A stretch of 64,000 nt of DNA from Eledone cirrhosa (taxonomy: Eukaryota), in NCBI GenBank assembly GCA_964016885.1, contig OZ024740.1, positions 311,860,001-311,924,000 on the forward strand, read 5' to 3'. Positions 1-15,310 of the stretch are shown here, in pieces. Both the position numbers and the translations under genes were made by a program. Each line of letters begins with the position of its first letter. The first letter of the stretch is position 1. Below the pieces are notes generated by a model that saw only the letters and a list, made by a program, of their open reading frames with translations, ran no database searches and was not told where the DNA came from.

Positions 1-19
1 AGATTTCATAGCTTCTTAT

Positions 20-415
20 GGCATCAAGCCAACAATTTTAGGGGAGGGGGAAGTCGATTAATTTGACCCCAGTGCGTTACTGGTACTTTATTTTATCGAC
101 CTCGTAAGGATGAAAGGCAAAGCTAACCTCGGCAGGATTTGAAATCAGAACATAAAGGGCCGTAACTTTATGCCTTGAAGCATGATGTCCGACGCTCTAC
201 CGATACTGCTAATCCACTGCTATCCAACAAATTTTAATAATGGCTTCTGATTTAGGCCAACAATTTTAGGGCAAGGGAAAGTCGAGTAAAACGACCCCAG
301 TGCGTTACTGGTACTTTATTTTATTGACCTCATAAGGACCAAAGCTAACCTTAGCGTCGGACACTTGCCTTGAAGCATGGTGTCCGACGCTCTACCGATA
401 CTGCCAATCCATCGC
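20..415 (-). mobile_element. Two tandem copies of the tRNA-derived SINE
   Basis: Both contain gaccccagtgcgttactggtactttatttta...aaagctaacct and end in gacgctctaccgatactgc, the reverse complement of the SINE head seen throughout the window. Confidence 0.8.
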
Positions 416-635
416 CCTGCAACCAATCTTAATAATGATATATCTTTCAAAGAGATAAAAAAAAAAGGATTGTTTGAATGAAACAGTAGCAGCAAGTCGT
501 TGATAAAACAAATTCTATTTATTTTCATTTTTCAGACTATTTTTTCGCAGAGCCCTCTTCATACAGTTCTTTTTCTACAACTCTTTAATAATTGTTATTT
601 TTTAACCAAAAAGAAAATTTTGTTTTCTGTTTTAG

Positions 636-730
636 CGCTTACCTGAAATTGTAGCGTCTGTCTTCATCTGGGGTCACGTGGTTTCCGTCGTAGCTTTGAT
701 TATTTCAATGGCAATCTTCAGTTACTTCAG
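636..730 (+). CDS. Class B1 (calcitonin/DH31-receptor-like) GPCR, TM1 exon
   Basis: Acceptor ttttag|CGC, donor AG|gtcagt. Encodes RLPEIVASVFIWGHVVSVVALIISMAIFSYF (class B TM1 pattern GHxxSxxxLxxSxxIFxYF). Ends in phase 2, matching the next exon. Confidence 0.9.
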
Positions 731-763
731 GTCAGTGAAGAAATTTAGTTTCAAAATGTCTTT

Positions 764-764
<1 letters not shown>

Positions 765-849
<85 letters not shown>

Positions 850-945
850 CTGTTGTTGTTACTGCTGCTGTTGCTGCTGCTGCTTCTCTTCTTCCTCCAC
901 CCGTTGTTGTTGCTGCTGTTGTTACTGCTGTTGCTGGTGTTGTTA
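765..945. repeat. (CTA)n/(CTG)n/(TTG)n trinucleotide microsatellite just after the TM1 exon
   Basis: Seen directly. It produces the spurious poly-T/A/S ORFs. Confidence 0.9.
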
Positions 946-2556
946 TGTCGATTAGCAAACGTCAATATTCTAAGAATGCGCTAGCGCTAACATGCTCTCT
1001 TAAAGATAACGTGTTGGCACATGCATGCCACAAATTGGTTGAGGCGCCATCCATCCAACTCCCCTTATGTAGGCACATGGAAACCCTTTTTGTTCTGTGC
1101 AAAACAGGGATATATCACCTTCCTATTTGTCCTTCTTTAGTTAAAATATTCAGGCAAAGAGGTATGTTCTTTCTCGGCGTACATCTTCCACACTTTTGCC
1201 TAGAGTAGGCTCGTATCAATAATCTCCATTCAACTCGATACGCTAGCAAAATATGAGTAGCTCTTGTTAGTAATGTTTTTGTGATTGTTTGCACTATTTT
1301 TGTCATTTAATTTAACGTTTTGTATCTTTTAAATTGTATATACGGGTGTTTGTGCTTGAAACCGTGCCTGCTTCTTAGGTTGCTTTTACATATCTGCTTT
1401 TGTATTTAACAAAAGGGGGACAAGGGGACTATTGGCTGCTACTACTACTGTAGCTAGCATCTTTTCTTGCTACTATAGAGATGGCTCTTTTGGAATATAC
1501 ACTAAAATACAATTAGTGATTTGCAAAATTGTAAGCACAGTTAAAACAACGTTAGAGATGAACCGTTTTCCCATCCCAAATAGTAAGGTTGATCTTCAAA
1601 TAAGCTGAAAGTATTTCATTAGTAAACCTGGAATAAGAAACGTTTCATTCGTTAATCTGGGAAAATCTTCTTCTAAAAGGAAGCTCTGCTGAACACGTGC
1701 ATTCATATGAACAAACAAATACAACAACAACAATAACAATAACAACAATAGCAACAACAGTAACAACAACAGTAACAACAACAACAATAATAATAATAAT
1801 AGTAATAATGTAACAGAAATTCATACAGTAAGCTGTATAAAGCTGCTTCATATTTTTGAGCATCCATTAATCTTGATCGTGTAACATTTTGTATGATGAT
1901 GTTTGGAAAATCTTAATGCACCTCTCAGCTGCGAAATAAAAACACCGACCATAACGACAGTAATAAAATATTCTTTCTACAAAGCGTATACCAGTCGATT
2001 TACTTAGGACATCCAAGCCTTTCTTCGAGAGCCCAAATAAAATCAATAATAATAATGGTGACGATACTAATATTAATGATCCCAATGTTTGTCCATTGAT
2101 TCTGTTTGGTAAATGTTGCTTTAAACTTAAACAGCTGGTTCTATTCTTAAGAGAACGCATTTTCATTCTACCTCATCTCTGTCTCTATTAAACGATTGCC
2201 ATTGGAATTTCTGCCTTGAGGAATCAATAGAGAAGTAGAGCGGTAGCGACATAAGCTGTATCTATATTATTAGAAATGTAGTATTGGATCGACGTAGAAT
2301 GATTAATAGTGCCTGTCAACAATTCATTATGATTAACAGATTAATTTATGGTGCTCATATAAACATGTTACTATTAGAGATTAACGGAACTTAGTTCGAG
2401 TTCGTCTCCTGTTTAAATAGAGTTAACCTTCTAGTAACATATTAGAATAAAGTTAATAACCAAAAGCCTGTTCCCTCTTAAAAGAATTTGCAATGTCTAA
2501 TAAAGCATTCAATAAGATTGTTTTAAATGTACAAACTATTGTCGTTGTTGATGTTT

Positions 2557-2732
2557 CAGACCTGTTAACTCTCCCCATCCGACGGTGAGATTTGCAATAG
2601 TCTTTGGAGTGGGTGAGAGATGTCTTCTCTTGTGAAAATGGGTATAGCTTTCATTATGTAAAATCTCCCCATTTTGCCTCATTTCTCCGTTTTGGGGCAC
2701 TTTTTTTCATTTCTCCCCGTTTGGCAGATCTA
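2557..2732. mobile_element. MITE-like repeat with CAGACCTGYCAAC-type termini (related copies at about 43127-43460, 55500-55892, 61170-61480)
   Basis: Shared core ggggagatctcccacccactttggggtgggtgagagatgtcttctcttgtgaaaatgggtatagctttc, with imperfect inverted ends. No clear TSD. Confidence 0.65.
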
Positions 2733-2849
2733 TTGTTTGGCTGTAGGTTAGCATTGACGTGACGGAAAGCGTTCTTGTCAAGACTATTCTGTTCTTTTTC
2801 TCGGCATTGTTTATCTAGCACTGCATTAAGTATTGTGAAGTTTCACGGC

Positions 2850-3025
2850 TTAGTATTTAGATCGTGATCCCGATTTCCGGCGGCGTATTGTGTCCTTGAG
2901 TAAGACAGTTTGTTTCATGTTGCTTCGGTCTATTCAGTCGGAAAAAAGGAGTATTTCAAAAGGCCAGCCTTGCTATACACTGTTACGTTGAATCTCTCTG
3001 AGGACTGCGTTAAGGGTACATACAT
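2850..3025 (+). mobile_element. Second, degenerate SINE family (CORE-like central region); related copy at about 32790-32980
   Basis: tgtccttgagtaagaca...tttcatgttgcttcggtctattcag...aaggccagccttg matches the copy near 32800. Confidence 0.55.
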
Positions 3026-3541
3026 CTTTCTGTGGAATTAATCCTCTGTCATCGACATCGTTAGGCAGTTCACCTTCCCACGTGGTTAACAAACGGGAAG
3101 AGCTGTTGTCGCTGACATTCAACACTATCGTGTGACTTGAACCAGCTGTTCGAGATCAGTTATAAGTCCTATTTTACAGTTTTATGTCCAATTTTCAGCA
3201 CTTACATCTGAAGAATTAGGCATCAAAAAGATCATAGGCATACATTTTTGTCAATTCCCACACATCTTTGAATTGTCTTCGTACATTTTCCTTTCCTCTC
3301 TACCATCAAATGAAAGGCGTAGTCCAAAACGGAACGTTGTAGTAACGTCAATTTTACTGCATTCTTTAACATTTATGTTTGGTTTTCAGCCTCTTAGGGT
3401 GAAAGCAGAAATTCTTTGCTTAAACTTTTAATCTGTACTAATAATATATATTTTCTCTACGGGTTAATATATAGTTATATATACAATCCTTATCGAGTCC
3501 TCTTCGGATTTGGGTCTTTGTATTTATTCTTACTGTATGTA

Positions 3542-3590
<49 letters not shown>

Positions 3591-4289
3591 AAAAAAAGCA
3601 AAAGAATGACTTCACTTGTAGTATTAAACAGTTTTATGATTTAATGTTATAATATAATATTATAATATTATGAGTTTGGCAGATCCAATAAGTCCTTTGT
3701 TAACTTCGGTGGGAAGAATTTTAGAGATTCCTGGTTAACTTGGGCTGGAGAATTTTCTCGCATTCGTGTGTTGAAATGTGTGACTATATATAAGAGAAAT
3801 TTGGATGTGTCTGGGTGTGGCGTGTGGTGTTAATAAGTGTTGATGATGATGAAGGTCCGGAGTAATTAAAGTATACACACACACACACACGCGCGCGCGC
3901 ACATATATATATACACTTAGAAAATGGTGAGGTTGTAAGATAAGGGTGTTTGAGGAGGTAGTCGTAAACCTACTCTCCTGCTGGTTTTATTTCATTAGCT
4001 GACATTTGATGAATTTATAATGGCATAGCTGAATCAACTCTTCCAAATCCATAAGAATATCTTCTACAGATTTCTATATCAAAGATGAATTTAGGTGCTT
4101 GTCTGGGTTTTAATGAGGTGTAAGATACATGTCTTTTGATAAGAATGGGATGACAGGAAAAAAAGAAAAGAAGGATAGTTTGGGAATACTTGTCAAAGAT
4201 GTGTTGTTGATATTGGTCTGGGAGAGGAAGTGTGGGGGGACATGCTGGCTCACATATTCACTTCCCTATATGTAAATGTATCTACAGTC

Positions 4290-4321
4290 CATATATACTA
4301 CATACAAACACATATAAACAC

Positions 4322-4410
<89 letters not shown>

Positions 4411-4425
4411 CATACGCATACACAC

Positions 4426-4490
<65 letters not shown>

Positions 4491-4509
4491 TACATATGCA
4501 TACACACCC

Positions 4510-4561
<52 letters not shown>

Positions 4562-4586
4562 GTGTTGATATGTGTTTGTATTCTTT

Positions 4587-4643
<57 letters not shown>

Positions 4644-4659
4644 ATACGCATACACACCC

Positions 4660-4704
<45 letters not shown>

Positions 4705-4719
4705 TACATATATATATAT

Positions 4720-4752
<33 letters not shown>

Positions 4753-5290
4753 CACACACATACATATATATATATAGATATATATACATATATATATATG
4801 TATATATATATACATAAACGGAATATACATATATATACATATATATACACACACACTTACGTACACATACCTACACATATATTCACACACGTACATATAC
4901 ACCGATATATACACACACACACACATTTTATATATATTTTATACACACATATACACACACCATATATATATATATATATATACTACATATATGCACACAC
5001 ACACACCCACACACATATATATATACATACACACACCACATATATATACATACACCAAACACATATATACATATTATACAAACACACACATATATATATA
5101 TATACACACATACACACACACGCACATACACACATATATATGTATATATATATATACATACATACACACACACATATATATATATATATATCTTATACAC
5201 ACATACACATACACACACATATATATATATCTCACATACATACAAATATATATTTTCTACATACATATATACATACACACACACATACAT

Positions 5291-5332
<42 letters not shown>

Positions 5333-5423
5333 AGGGGGTGTAACTAGTAGTTACTGCAGGTTCACCCGGGAGACCACTCGATGTTTAGGTTCACTTCTGT
5401 GATGAGGTGTAGAGCTATACAGA

Positions 5424-5503
<80 letters not shown>

Positions 5504-5810
5504 AACAAGGTTAGAGGAATACTGCGTGGTTGCACATGGGTTACATACTATAAAATTAGTCCCTCATCAGTGATTTGCCAACCATCATTGGTATTTCATC
5601 GCATTAAAAATCAGATACCTCAGGTTGGTGCGAGCAATAACTAAAATAAGCTATTGGGACAAGTGAGTCGCGTAAAGCGAGTGAGACAAGTAAACAACAT
5701 AGAAGGATAAAAGCAAACCGAAGATAGGAAAAAAAACAAGCAACATGGTTATCCGTTCAGCATAAGCTGGGTGAATTTCATGAGCGGTCAGAAAAACAGA
5801 CAGTACGCCG

Positions 5811-5885
<75 letters not shown>

Positions 5886-6770
5886 GAAAGGTATAGAAAA
5901 TATATATATATATATATATATATCTTATACATACATATCTTTCAAACACATACATATATACATATGTATACACCACATTATACACACATATATTTTTTCT
6001 ACATACATATATATATATATCATATACACACCCCATATATATATATTTTTTTACACATATACCATACATACATGTTATATACACACCATATACCATACAT
6101 ATATCATATACATCCTATATATACACTATACATATCCTACATACATATTATATATATATCTCCAACATATATACACACATACATACATGCATACATATAT
6201 ATATATATATATATCCCACATACACACATATATTTTATACATACACACATACATATACACACGCATATATACATACACACACACATATACATACATATAT
6301 ATATATATATATTCTCCACACATTTTATATACACATACATGCTTACACATATATATTCCATATAAACACATGTTATACCTCCTACATATATTCTTTTTTT
6401 ACATATACATATATATATATACTACATATATATATATATACATATAAATATGTTATACACATATCCATATATATATACAACATATATATACATATAAATA
6501 TGTTATACACATATCCACACATACATATATACACACACATACATATCTATCTCACACATACACACATATCTATCTCACACATACACACATATATAAATAC
6601 ATATACATATCTCACACATATACACATATCTATCTCACACATACACACATATATAAATACACACACACACATACACATAAACATGTACACTTATATCTGT
6701 ATACCTACCGGCACATATATAAAAAAAACACATCTATACATACATATATCTATACACACATCCACTCAAA
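4290..6770. repeat. Compound (TA)n/(CA)n low-complexity field
   Basis: Seen directly. Source of many YI/HT/CV pseudo-ORFs. Confidence 0.9.
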
Positions 6771-6799
6771 TGTTTAAGTTCATATATACATTGGTGTGG

Positions 6800-9700
6800 G
6801 GAAGGGGAAATTAATGAAATGTTATTGTACCTCTGGGGGTTTTTCTTCTCTTCAGCGATCGAATGTTTGAAAGTACGGGTGTCATCAACTATTTTTCTTT
6901 TTCAATATGAGATTTTTTAAAGTAAAGAGAGGGGGAGACTCCCGTTGCTTGAAAATGGAATATCACTTTTTTGTGTTCAGTAGTGGTTTGTATTTTCTAA
7001 TAAAGAATTCTTCTTTATATTTTCGGAAATGTTCTTTGTCCGACCATATCTTAAAGAAGGGGAAAATTGTGAAATTTCCCTTTCCGCATGTTGCGAAGTG
7101 TTCACTGCATGTGGTGTTTCTGACAGAGGAGTCTCTAATTTGTTGTTTATGTTCTCGAACTCTGTTATGTAGACCCGTTCCGGTTTCATCAATGTAGTAT
7201 TCTTTACATTGTGGGCAGGTTGCACAGTAAATCAAGTTTTTGGTTTTGCAATTCATGTTTGCATTAACTGTGAAAGACTGGTTGTTTTTAAAGGAGATTT
7301 GTCCACCCTCTTCAATGAGTTCGTAAGTTCCGCATCGAGGGTCATCGCATTTCTTAACTTGCATTGCTTCATTATTAGACGTAAATTTTGCCTTGGTAAG
7401 CAGTTTCTTTAGGTTGGGTGCTTGGCGTCTACTATATATAATGTGTGCGTCTTTTATTAGTGCATTCATTTTGGGGGACTGCTGGAGAATCAGGAGATAT
7501 TGTTTGGCGGCTTTTACAATGTTGAAGTTCCTTGGATTGTGAGTGATGACAAAAGGGTTAACTGTTTTTTCCATTCTATTTTGTCGCTTTGTTTTTCTCA
7601 GTGTTGTCACTGGGATGTTCTGGGCTTTGGAGATGGTTGTGTTGATGAGGTTCACCTGATATTCTTGTCTCTTAATGAACTTTTTTAATTCATATAATAT
7701 TTTTTCCTGTAGTGTGGGGTGTGTCACTATGGTGCAGATGCGTCTTGCCATGTTAAAGGGAATGTTCCTTTTGGTATGTGAGGGGTGTGCTGAACGGAAA
7801 TTCAAGTATTGGTGTGTGTCTGTTGGTTTGTAAAATAAGTCCGTTTTGATATTTTCCCCTTCCTTAATGATAAGTATATCCAGAAACGGTAGTTCCTTTT
7901 TATTACATTCCATGGTGAATTTTATTTCTTCGTGAAGATTGTTTATGATGGAATGGAATCTTTGAAGGTCTTCTTGGCTTTCAGAAGATGGAGCAGTCGT
8001 CTAGGTGACGTTATCAGTTGTGATTAATGTAGGTGGCGAAGTCACAACTGAATGTTTCCTGCAGTTTGGAATGTAATTTTGCCTCCAGGTGGCCCATAAC
8101 GAGTGTTGCATATGTTGGGGCCACTTTGGTACCCATGGCCGTTCCTTTTATTTGTAAATATAGTTCGTTATCAAAAAGGAAGTGGTTGTTCTCCAGTACT
8201 AGTTTGAGTCCTTCCAAAATAAATTTTTGGGGGAATCTCTCTGAAATGTAGTCTGGATGTTTTGTCATCCAGAAGTCAACAGCTTCAACTCCTAAGTCGT
8301 GTGTGATGTTAGTATATAAGCTTGTTACGTCAAAGCTGACTAAGATTGTTTCTTGGTGTACTTTCTATGGGATATAGTTCAGGAATTCCTTATCATCTCC
8401 GGTGAAGCTTGGCACTTCTTTACATAAGGGCAGGGCCGTCTTAACGCATGGGCACGCTGGGCAGTTGCCCGAGGGCCCCACAAGGATAGGGGGCCCATTT
8501 GTATTTTTATTCCTGTGAGTGGTTGTGTAGGCCTCAGTGGTTGTAGCCCCAGTACTCTGCTTTGCCCGGGGACCTATAATGTTGTTAAGACGGCCCTGCA
8601 TAAGGGTCTCAGTATGATGTCTAATAGGTTGCTTAGACGTTGTGTGCTTGAGGCTGGACCGGAAACAATTGGGCGTAATTTTAAATCTGTCTGTTTTGGT
8701 ACTTCAACATATGATGTATTTTTGCCTTTTATGTTGTTTTGGATTTCTCTGGATTTGTGAACCTTCGGTAAACCATAGTAGTTGCTGGTTTTCATTTCGA
8801 AGTTGGCTCAGTAACTGATTTCCTTTAGTGTGAGACTGTTTTGGTACTTGGTCGTCAGTTTGCCTACTTTAATCATCGATTTTCTTTCTTCGTTTTTGCT
8901 GATTTTTCTGTAAAAATCTTCGTTATTCAACTGTTCTAGGACCATATCCTTGTAGTGGTTTTTGTCCATGATGATGATTGCTCCACCTTTGTCCGTTTCT
9001 TTTATGGTTATTGAGGAGTCTTTTTGTAGTTTGTTTAGTGCTTGCAGTTGTTCTGTAGGGATGTTGCGTTTGTGTTTCGTTTCTGCAATATTTGACTGTG
9101 CCGATCGTCGGAGGTAGGTTATGTAATCCTCCGGGCGTTTGTCTCTATTTAACGGAGGCCTAAAGTTCTTTTTGCTTCTTACTAGTGATTCCTCCTCGTA
9201 TTCTACACCCTGGAAGAATTCGCCTAGACGTAAGTTTTGACAAAAATCTTCTGTGTCTTTTATAAGGTCGGCTTGATCGGCTTTTGGAGTGGGTGTGAAT
9301 TTCAGTCCATTTTCTAGCAATTTTATTTCCTGTTGTGTTAGTTTTTTTGCCGATATGTTGATTATATTTGGTTACCCCGGAGTTTTCTCATCAATGCCAC
9401 TTCAAGGGTGGTGTTTCTCCCCTTCTTCCTTTCATTTGGTGGGAGGCACCTTGTTCTAAAAAATAATAACAATTCTCATTTGAGGTAGCGGTGTTTCTGT
9501 TGCGGTGAAACGTTCTGCTCGCTGACATTCCCTGCTGACAATTTTCCGAACGGTAGTATTTTGTTTGGTGGTTGATATATGGGGGTCTAGTTCTTCTGCT
9601 GCTCCGTTCGGTCATCATATGCCTCCGATTTTGCCGCTGGTAATTGTTCTTGGGGTTTTGATAGTAGTTGTATCTGGTTCTGGTGTTCAGTATTTGGTTT

Positions 9701-9815
9701 GTGTATAATTGTGTGTTTGGGATTCTCCGATTTCTTGTTGATGTTTATTTATTGTGTGTATATATGTGTGTGTATGTGTGTGTACGTGTGTGTGTCTGTG
9801 TGTGGGGGGTGCGTG

Positions 9816-9876
<61 letters not shown>

Positions 9877-10190
9877 CTTTAATTCCTCCGGACCTTCATC
9901 AACACTCATTAACACCACACGCCACGCCTCAGACACATCCAAATTTCTCTTAAGTCACACATTTCAACACAACCTGATCTTAGTTTGACAATCGCCACAG
10001 ACAGACGAATGCGAGAAAGTTCTCCAACCCAAGTTAACCAGGAATCTCTAAAATTCTTCCCACCGAAGTTAACAAAGAACTTACTGAATCTACCAACTCA
10101 TAATATTATAATATTATATTATAACATTAAATCATTAAAAAAATTTAACACTACAAGTGAAGTCATTCTTTTCCTTTTTTTCAAATATAC
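6800..10190 (-). mobile_element. Penelope-like retroelement 1 (Neptune-like; RT + C-terminal GIY-YIG), frameshifted
   Basis: ORF pieces contain GLKFTPTP, DKGGAIIIMD, YGLPKVHK, LRPIVSG, GTAMGTKVAPTYA, LPFLDILI, YKPTD and the GIY-YIG segment NLIYCATCPQCKEYYIDETG...RVREH...HF. Confidence 0.9.
8431..8598. mobile_element. 168-bp hAT-type MITE nested in Penelope-like element 1
   Basis: 15-bp TIR CAGGGCCGTCTTAAC / GTTAAGACGGCCCTG and a perfect 8-bp TSD CATAAGGG (8423-8430, 8599-8606). Removing it rejoins ILRPLC-KEVPSF. Confidence 0.92.
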
Positions 10191-10243
10191 CTAACTGTAC
10201 CAAAGATCTCACACATTTTCCAATATATATATATATATATATA

Positions 10244-11021
10244 CAATAGCGGACTGACCAGGTGGGCCCCAGGGGGCCCCACGGTATCATTGCAAGAGCC
10301 CACAGTAGCATTGCAGGGCCCACTGTAGTATTTTAGGGGCCAATGCTTTGCTCTCAAAAAATACCTGAAATCTAAGAGAAAGAATAATATTTAAAAATAA
10401 ATAAATAAAGCAATTAAGTAAAGCATTTGGTCAACCAATTCCTCAGGGAATTACTAGAAACCAAAATATATGATAGTGCAGATAGCTGGAATCAGTGGTT
10501 GTACATTCTACTAAATCTAAAGCTTAGTGTATTCATTCATGCATGCAAACACATATATAGACACAGACCCACAAGCATATATATATATATTTATATAGTT
10601 ACATACGAACTACTGACCAAATAATATTTGGTATCAATGGGTTAAAGACATCTGTCAAATCAATTAGTGGTGAAGGTGGTGTACATATATATATATAGAC
10701 AGACACACACACACACACACGCACACACACACGCGCGCGCGCGCACATACACACACATACCCCCCCCCCATATATATATATTGAGTGAGTGTGAAAGACC
10801 AAAGGTCATTATTGAAAGTCACTGGATTTCGCAAAATACATATTTTTTATTGGAGAAGGTAAGATATTTTTCCGCAAAAATTTGATTGTACTGTTTTGTT
10901 TCCACTTATGTATTTTTAAAAAATGTTATTTATTCATTATAAAAATTAAGTGATAGCATTCTATATGTAGGTGGGCCCCCTTCATCTGGCAACCAATATT
11001 TTTAGACCTAGGCCGCCACTG
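10244..11021. mobile_element. Probable non-autonomous hAT element
   Basis: Ends CAATAGCGG / CCGCCACTG (imperfect TIR), GGGCCC-rich subterminal repeats, flanks TATATATA / TAAATATA. Confidence 0.55.
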
Positions 11022-11908
11022 TAAATATATATATATAATGCCAATCATTGTAAGTTTGAATCTGACATGCAAAAACATATATATATGAATAAAGTAAGCC
11101 CAAATCATAGTAGATTCAAATATCACAGAGAGAAAGAGAGAGGAGGGAATGAGGTGCAACAGAAATGAAACATGGATTACAGGTTAAAATATAGTCTAGA
11201 GAGATGTGAAACAAAACGAGGATGTAGTTTATGGAACACCCAAATAATAATGTTGATCAATACACAATAATATCGATCACATTGTCTGGCAATCGCTATG
11301 ACAAAAAAAAGTTGCGAAGCGAAAAGAGCCGGCCAGGGCGTAAATATCAGTTAATATTACCTAGAGAAACGTATCCAGGACCGGACCACGTACAGATATA
11401 TAGATAATCGGGAAGGCAAGCCAATTTTAAGACCTATACAGTACTGTTTCAAGCCGACAAGAAGTAAGGCAGATTACCGCGGTGAATTGGCAGTATCGGC
11501 AGAGGTCGGGCGCCATGCTTTGCAGCAAAGAGTTACGGCCTTTTATGATCTGAGTTTAAATCCCGCCGAGGTTAACTTTGCCCTTCATCCTTATGGGGTC
11601 GATAAAATAAAATACCAGTCACGCACTGGAGTCGATTTAATCGACTTTCCCCGCCCCCTAAATTGACAAAACAGTTGCGAAAAGAACCGGTCAGAGTGTA
11701 CACATCGGTTAATATTACCTAGACTAACGTATCGAGGGCCGTAGATATATAGATAATTATAAAGGCACGCACAAGAAAAATGGGAAGGCATGGAGAGAGA
11801 GAGAGAGAGAAAGTATTAAATAGATCGAAAGCTATACGGAGTTGTATTTTCATCTCCATGATACATATATCGCTAAGGTATATATATGCATATAATTTTA
11901 TTTTCTAG

Positions 11909-12035
11909 TCAACTGAACTGTGCTCGAGTGACCATCCATAAACACCTTTTCGTGACGTACATATTAAGTGGAACTGTCTGGATCATCGAATTTGGTGCCA
12001 TAGTCCCAAATGGTCGTGTTCTGTTGGATAATTCG
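11909..12035 (+). CDS. Class B1 GPCR, ICL1-TM2 exon
   Basis: ttttctag|T...TCG|gtaagt, 127 nt. Encodes QLNCARVTIHKHLFVTYILSGTVWIIEFGAIVPNGRVLLDNS (LxCxRxxIHxxLF motif). Confidence 0.95.
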
Positions 12036-14271
12036 GTAAGTTTGTTACGAGACTCTATATTACGTTTTGCAATAATCCCAATAATTACCCTTCCCAATAA
12101 TCACCCTCTCAAATATTCGTAGACTTTGTCTATATTACAGACACTAATAATTTTAAAATTGAGGCTGGAATTATGAAAAGTTAGACTTAATAAAAGAAAT
12201 ATTAAAAAAATAACTCAGTATAAATGTCCGGAGGCAATTCGATTACTGTATTGTACAATAGTGTCATAGCTTATTCATTATTTTCTTGGTTATTGAATTG
12301 TTACCATTTTGGCAGGTACGGCGAGGTAATACGTCAACTGAAGATCCCAAACAAGGGTTAAAAGTAGAGTCATCTCTCGTATTTGTCCGTCTATCTAATT
12401 TATTCGTTTTATCACATATACATTACATCAGCAGAAATATTTATTTTCTATTGCACGAGCCGGCAATTTTATGTAGTCGTCTCAAGTTAAATCGTGCGAA
12501 ACTACATCCGGTATGAGAGCTGGTGAGGTGAAATATTGTTTGTGTGATCTTGTCTCGTTGATTTTTTTTTCCTTTGCTCCTTTCTTCCTATCACTTCTGC
12601 GGCCCAACACACTTCTAGCTGCTGATTTCTGTCCTTTCAGGTAAATTTTACCCGCCGCCGTCTTTGACGGCATTTTGCTGTTACAGCAGCTTTTCTGGCG
12701 TTGGGTTTTTCTCATTCTATGAATTCTAAAACACTTGCGCTCCAACTCGATCTTCGAGAAAACTTTATTTATATATATATATATATAATAGCATATATGT
12801 ATGCGCGCGCGTGTGTGTATGTGTATGTGTGTGTGTATGTGTGCGCGTGTGCGTGCGTGTATGCGTGTGTGCGTGTGTATGTATAACATAGGTAATTCGT
12901 CGATAGTCAATGATAGTTGTCCATATGAAATGACACAAAGTGAATTTATTTTCCCCTCTGTTTTTTTTTTGTTTTCAGCCATTGTCCTCCATTGGTTGGT
13001 ATCAATCCCTAACCCCCTTACACTACATTCAGTTATAACCTTGTATCTCTGTATGAGTCTTTTCTGGTTTCTCGTACGATCAGTCAACTGTGTCAACCAT
13101 CAGTCAACATTTATCTTAACGAGCGAGTGTCTTACATTTTTGAATATCATTAAGCCAACGGCGGTGCGATCAATTTCGTTCCTTAATTTCCTATCAATAC
13201 TAATTCTACTGTCTAAATAGATAAAATGGTTTGCTTCTACAAGTATCTACCCATCAATGACAATGGGCTCAGGCAGAACGACATGACTCACATCAAGACA
13301 TGACTGATAAAAAGAAATTGTGAGTGTACTGTATAAAGCATCCCAAATCTCTGTGTTCTCTGTTCATTGGCAAACATTTGAGGTGTAATAACCTAAACAG
13401 ATTAAGCATCAGATCTTGTCCGTATGTATATACCTTCAGATGAGTTGTGGAGTGCCCTCTCGAACATCGTTGTCAAATGAAATAAGAGTATTTGGCGTTA
13501 GCACACAGCCCTACTGAGCTTCACTTTAACATCATACTATGCTGAACTTCAATTTTCATGGCAGCATGTAAGGGTTTTATCATCCGAATGGGCTTCTTCA
13601 GATATTCAAACATTCTGATTATCTGCCACAGGCTCTGTGTCGAATATCTTCGTAAAGTTAACTATAATGACTTGTTCTGTTCCCCACATTTTTTCATTCA
13701 ATCTGTTGAATATGAATCAGAATGTTTGAATATCTGAAGAAGCCCATTCGGATGATAAAATCAGTGCTCATCAAGCAAATTCTTTCCCTAGCATATTTTT
13801 TTTGCTTATGTGTCTCTATAAATTGTGTCGCATCATTTCCCACCGCTACCTCCTTCCTCCACCTCTCTCCTTCTCTCTCTCTCTCACTCTCATTCTATTC
13901 ATTTACATAAACGAAATAAGAAAAAGAAAAACTCAAGGAAAAGAACTTATTTTGGGCATCATATAAAAATTCATTGGTGTCTTATTTAATTACCACTTCC
14001 TACAAACATGTTGGCTTTCTCAAAGCAATTACAACTAAACTACAGGCATTTTATCATATTCATTGAACTCTCTTGAGACGGAAATACTTTGCTTGATTTT
14101 GTTGTTATTTTTGTTGTTGTTGTTTTTTCATTGATATTTTTACATTTTTTTTTTCTCTCAAAATACTGACTCTTCAGTTTGAATACTCATTTATATCCAG
14201 ATGAGGTCAAGTCGACAATGAAAACATGTTCAAACCAACATCTACAACAAAAACGATATATATATATATAA

Positions 14272-14369
<98 letters not shown>

Positions 14370-14654
14370 CACAGCAAGAATAACAACGAATTCAAAGCAA
14401 CATTTAGAAAAATAACAACAACAAAATCAACAATATCGAAATTAATGGTTATAAAAAGTAAGCTTACATTCACAAATAGATCGATATCTGTATCGCTCTG
14501 TTATCTATGTAGTTTCAAAATTAAATTGTGATTATAGGTAAATATCTCCTTCTCATTAATCTGACCTCTATAATTTTCCGTTGCACATAGATTTAGTTGG
14601 CTTGACAACATGTTGATAATGATGTTGTTAGAGAGGTGCAACTACATGGACATG

Positions 14655-15310
<656 letters not shown>

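Noticed and set aside
731-1208. Poly-Thr/Ala extension of the 176-aa ORF, and the poly-C/W/G extension at 56227-56605
   Set aside because: Intronic trinucleotide repeats read through past the real splice donors at 730 and 56226.
4230-6814. Many ORFs of 60-260 aa rich in YI/HT/CV
   Set aside because: They are translations of (TA)n/(CA)n microsatellites. The same applies to 14593-15365 and similar tracts.
11305-11770. Diverged direct repeat of about 100 bp on either side of a SINE, resembling LTRs
   Set aside because: No TG...CA ends, primer-binding site or internal coding sequence. It is more likely an old local duplication.
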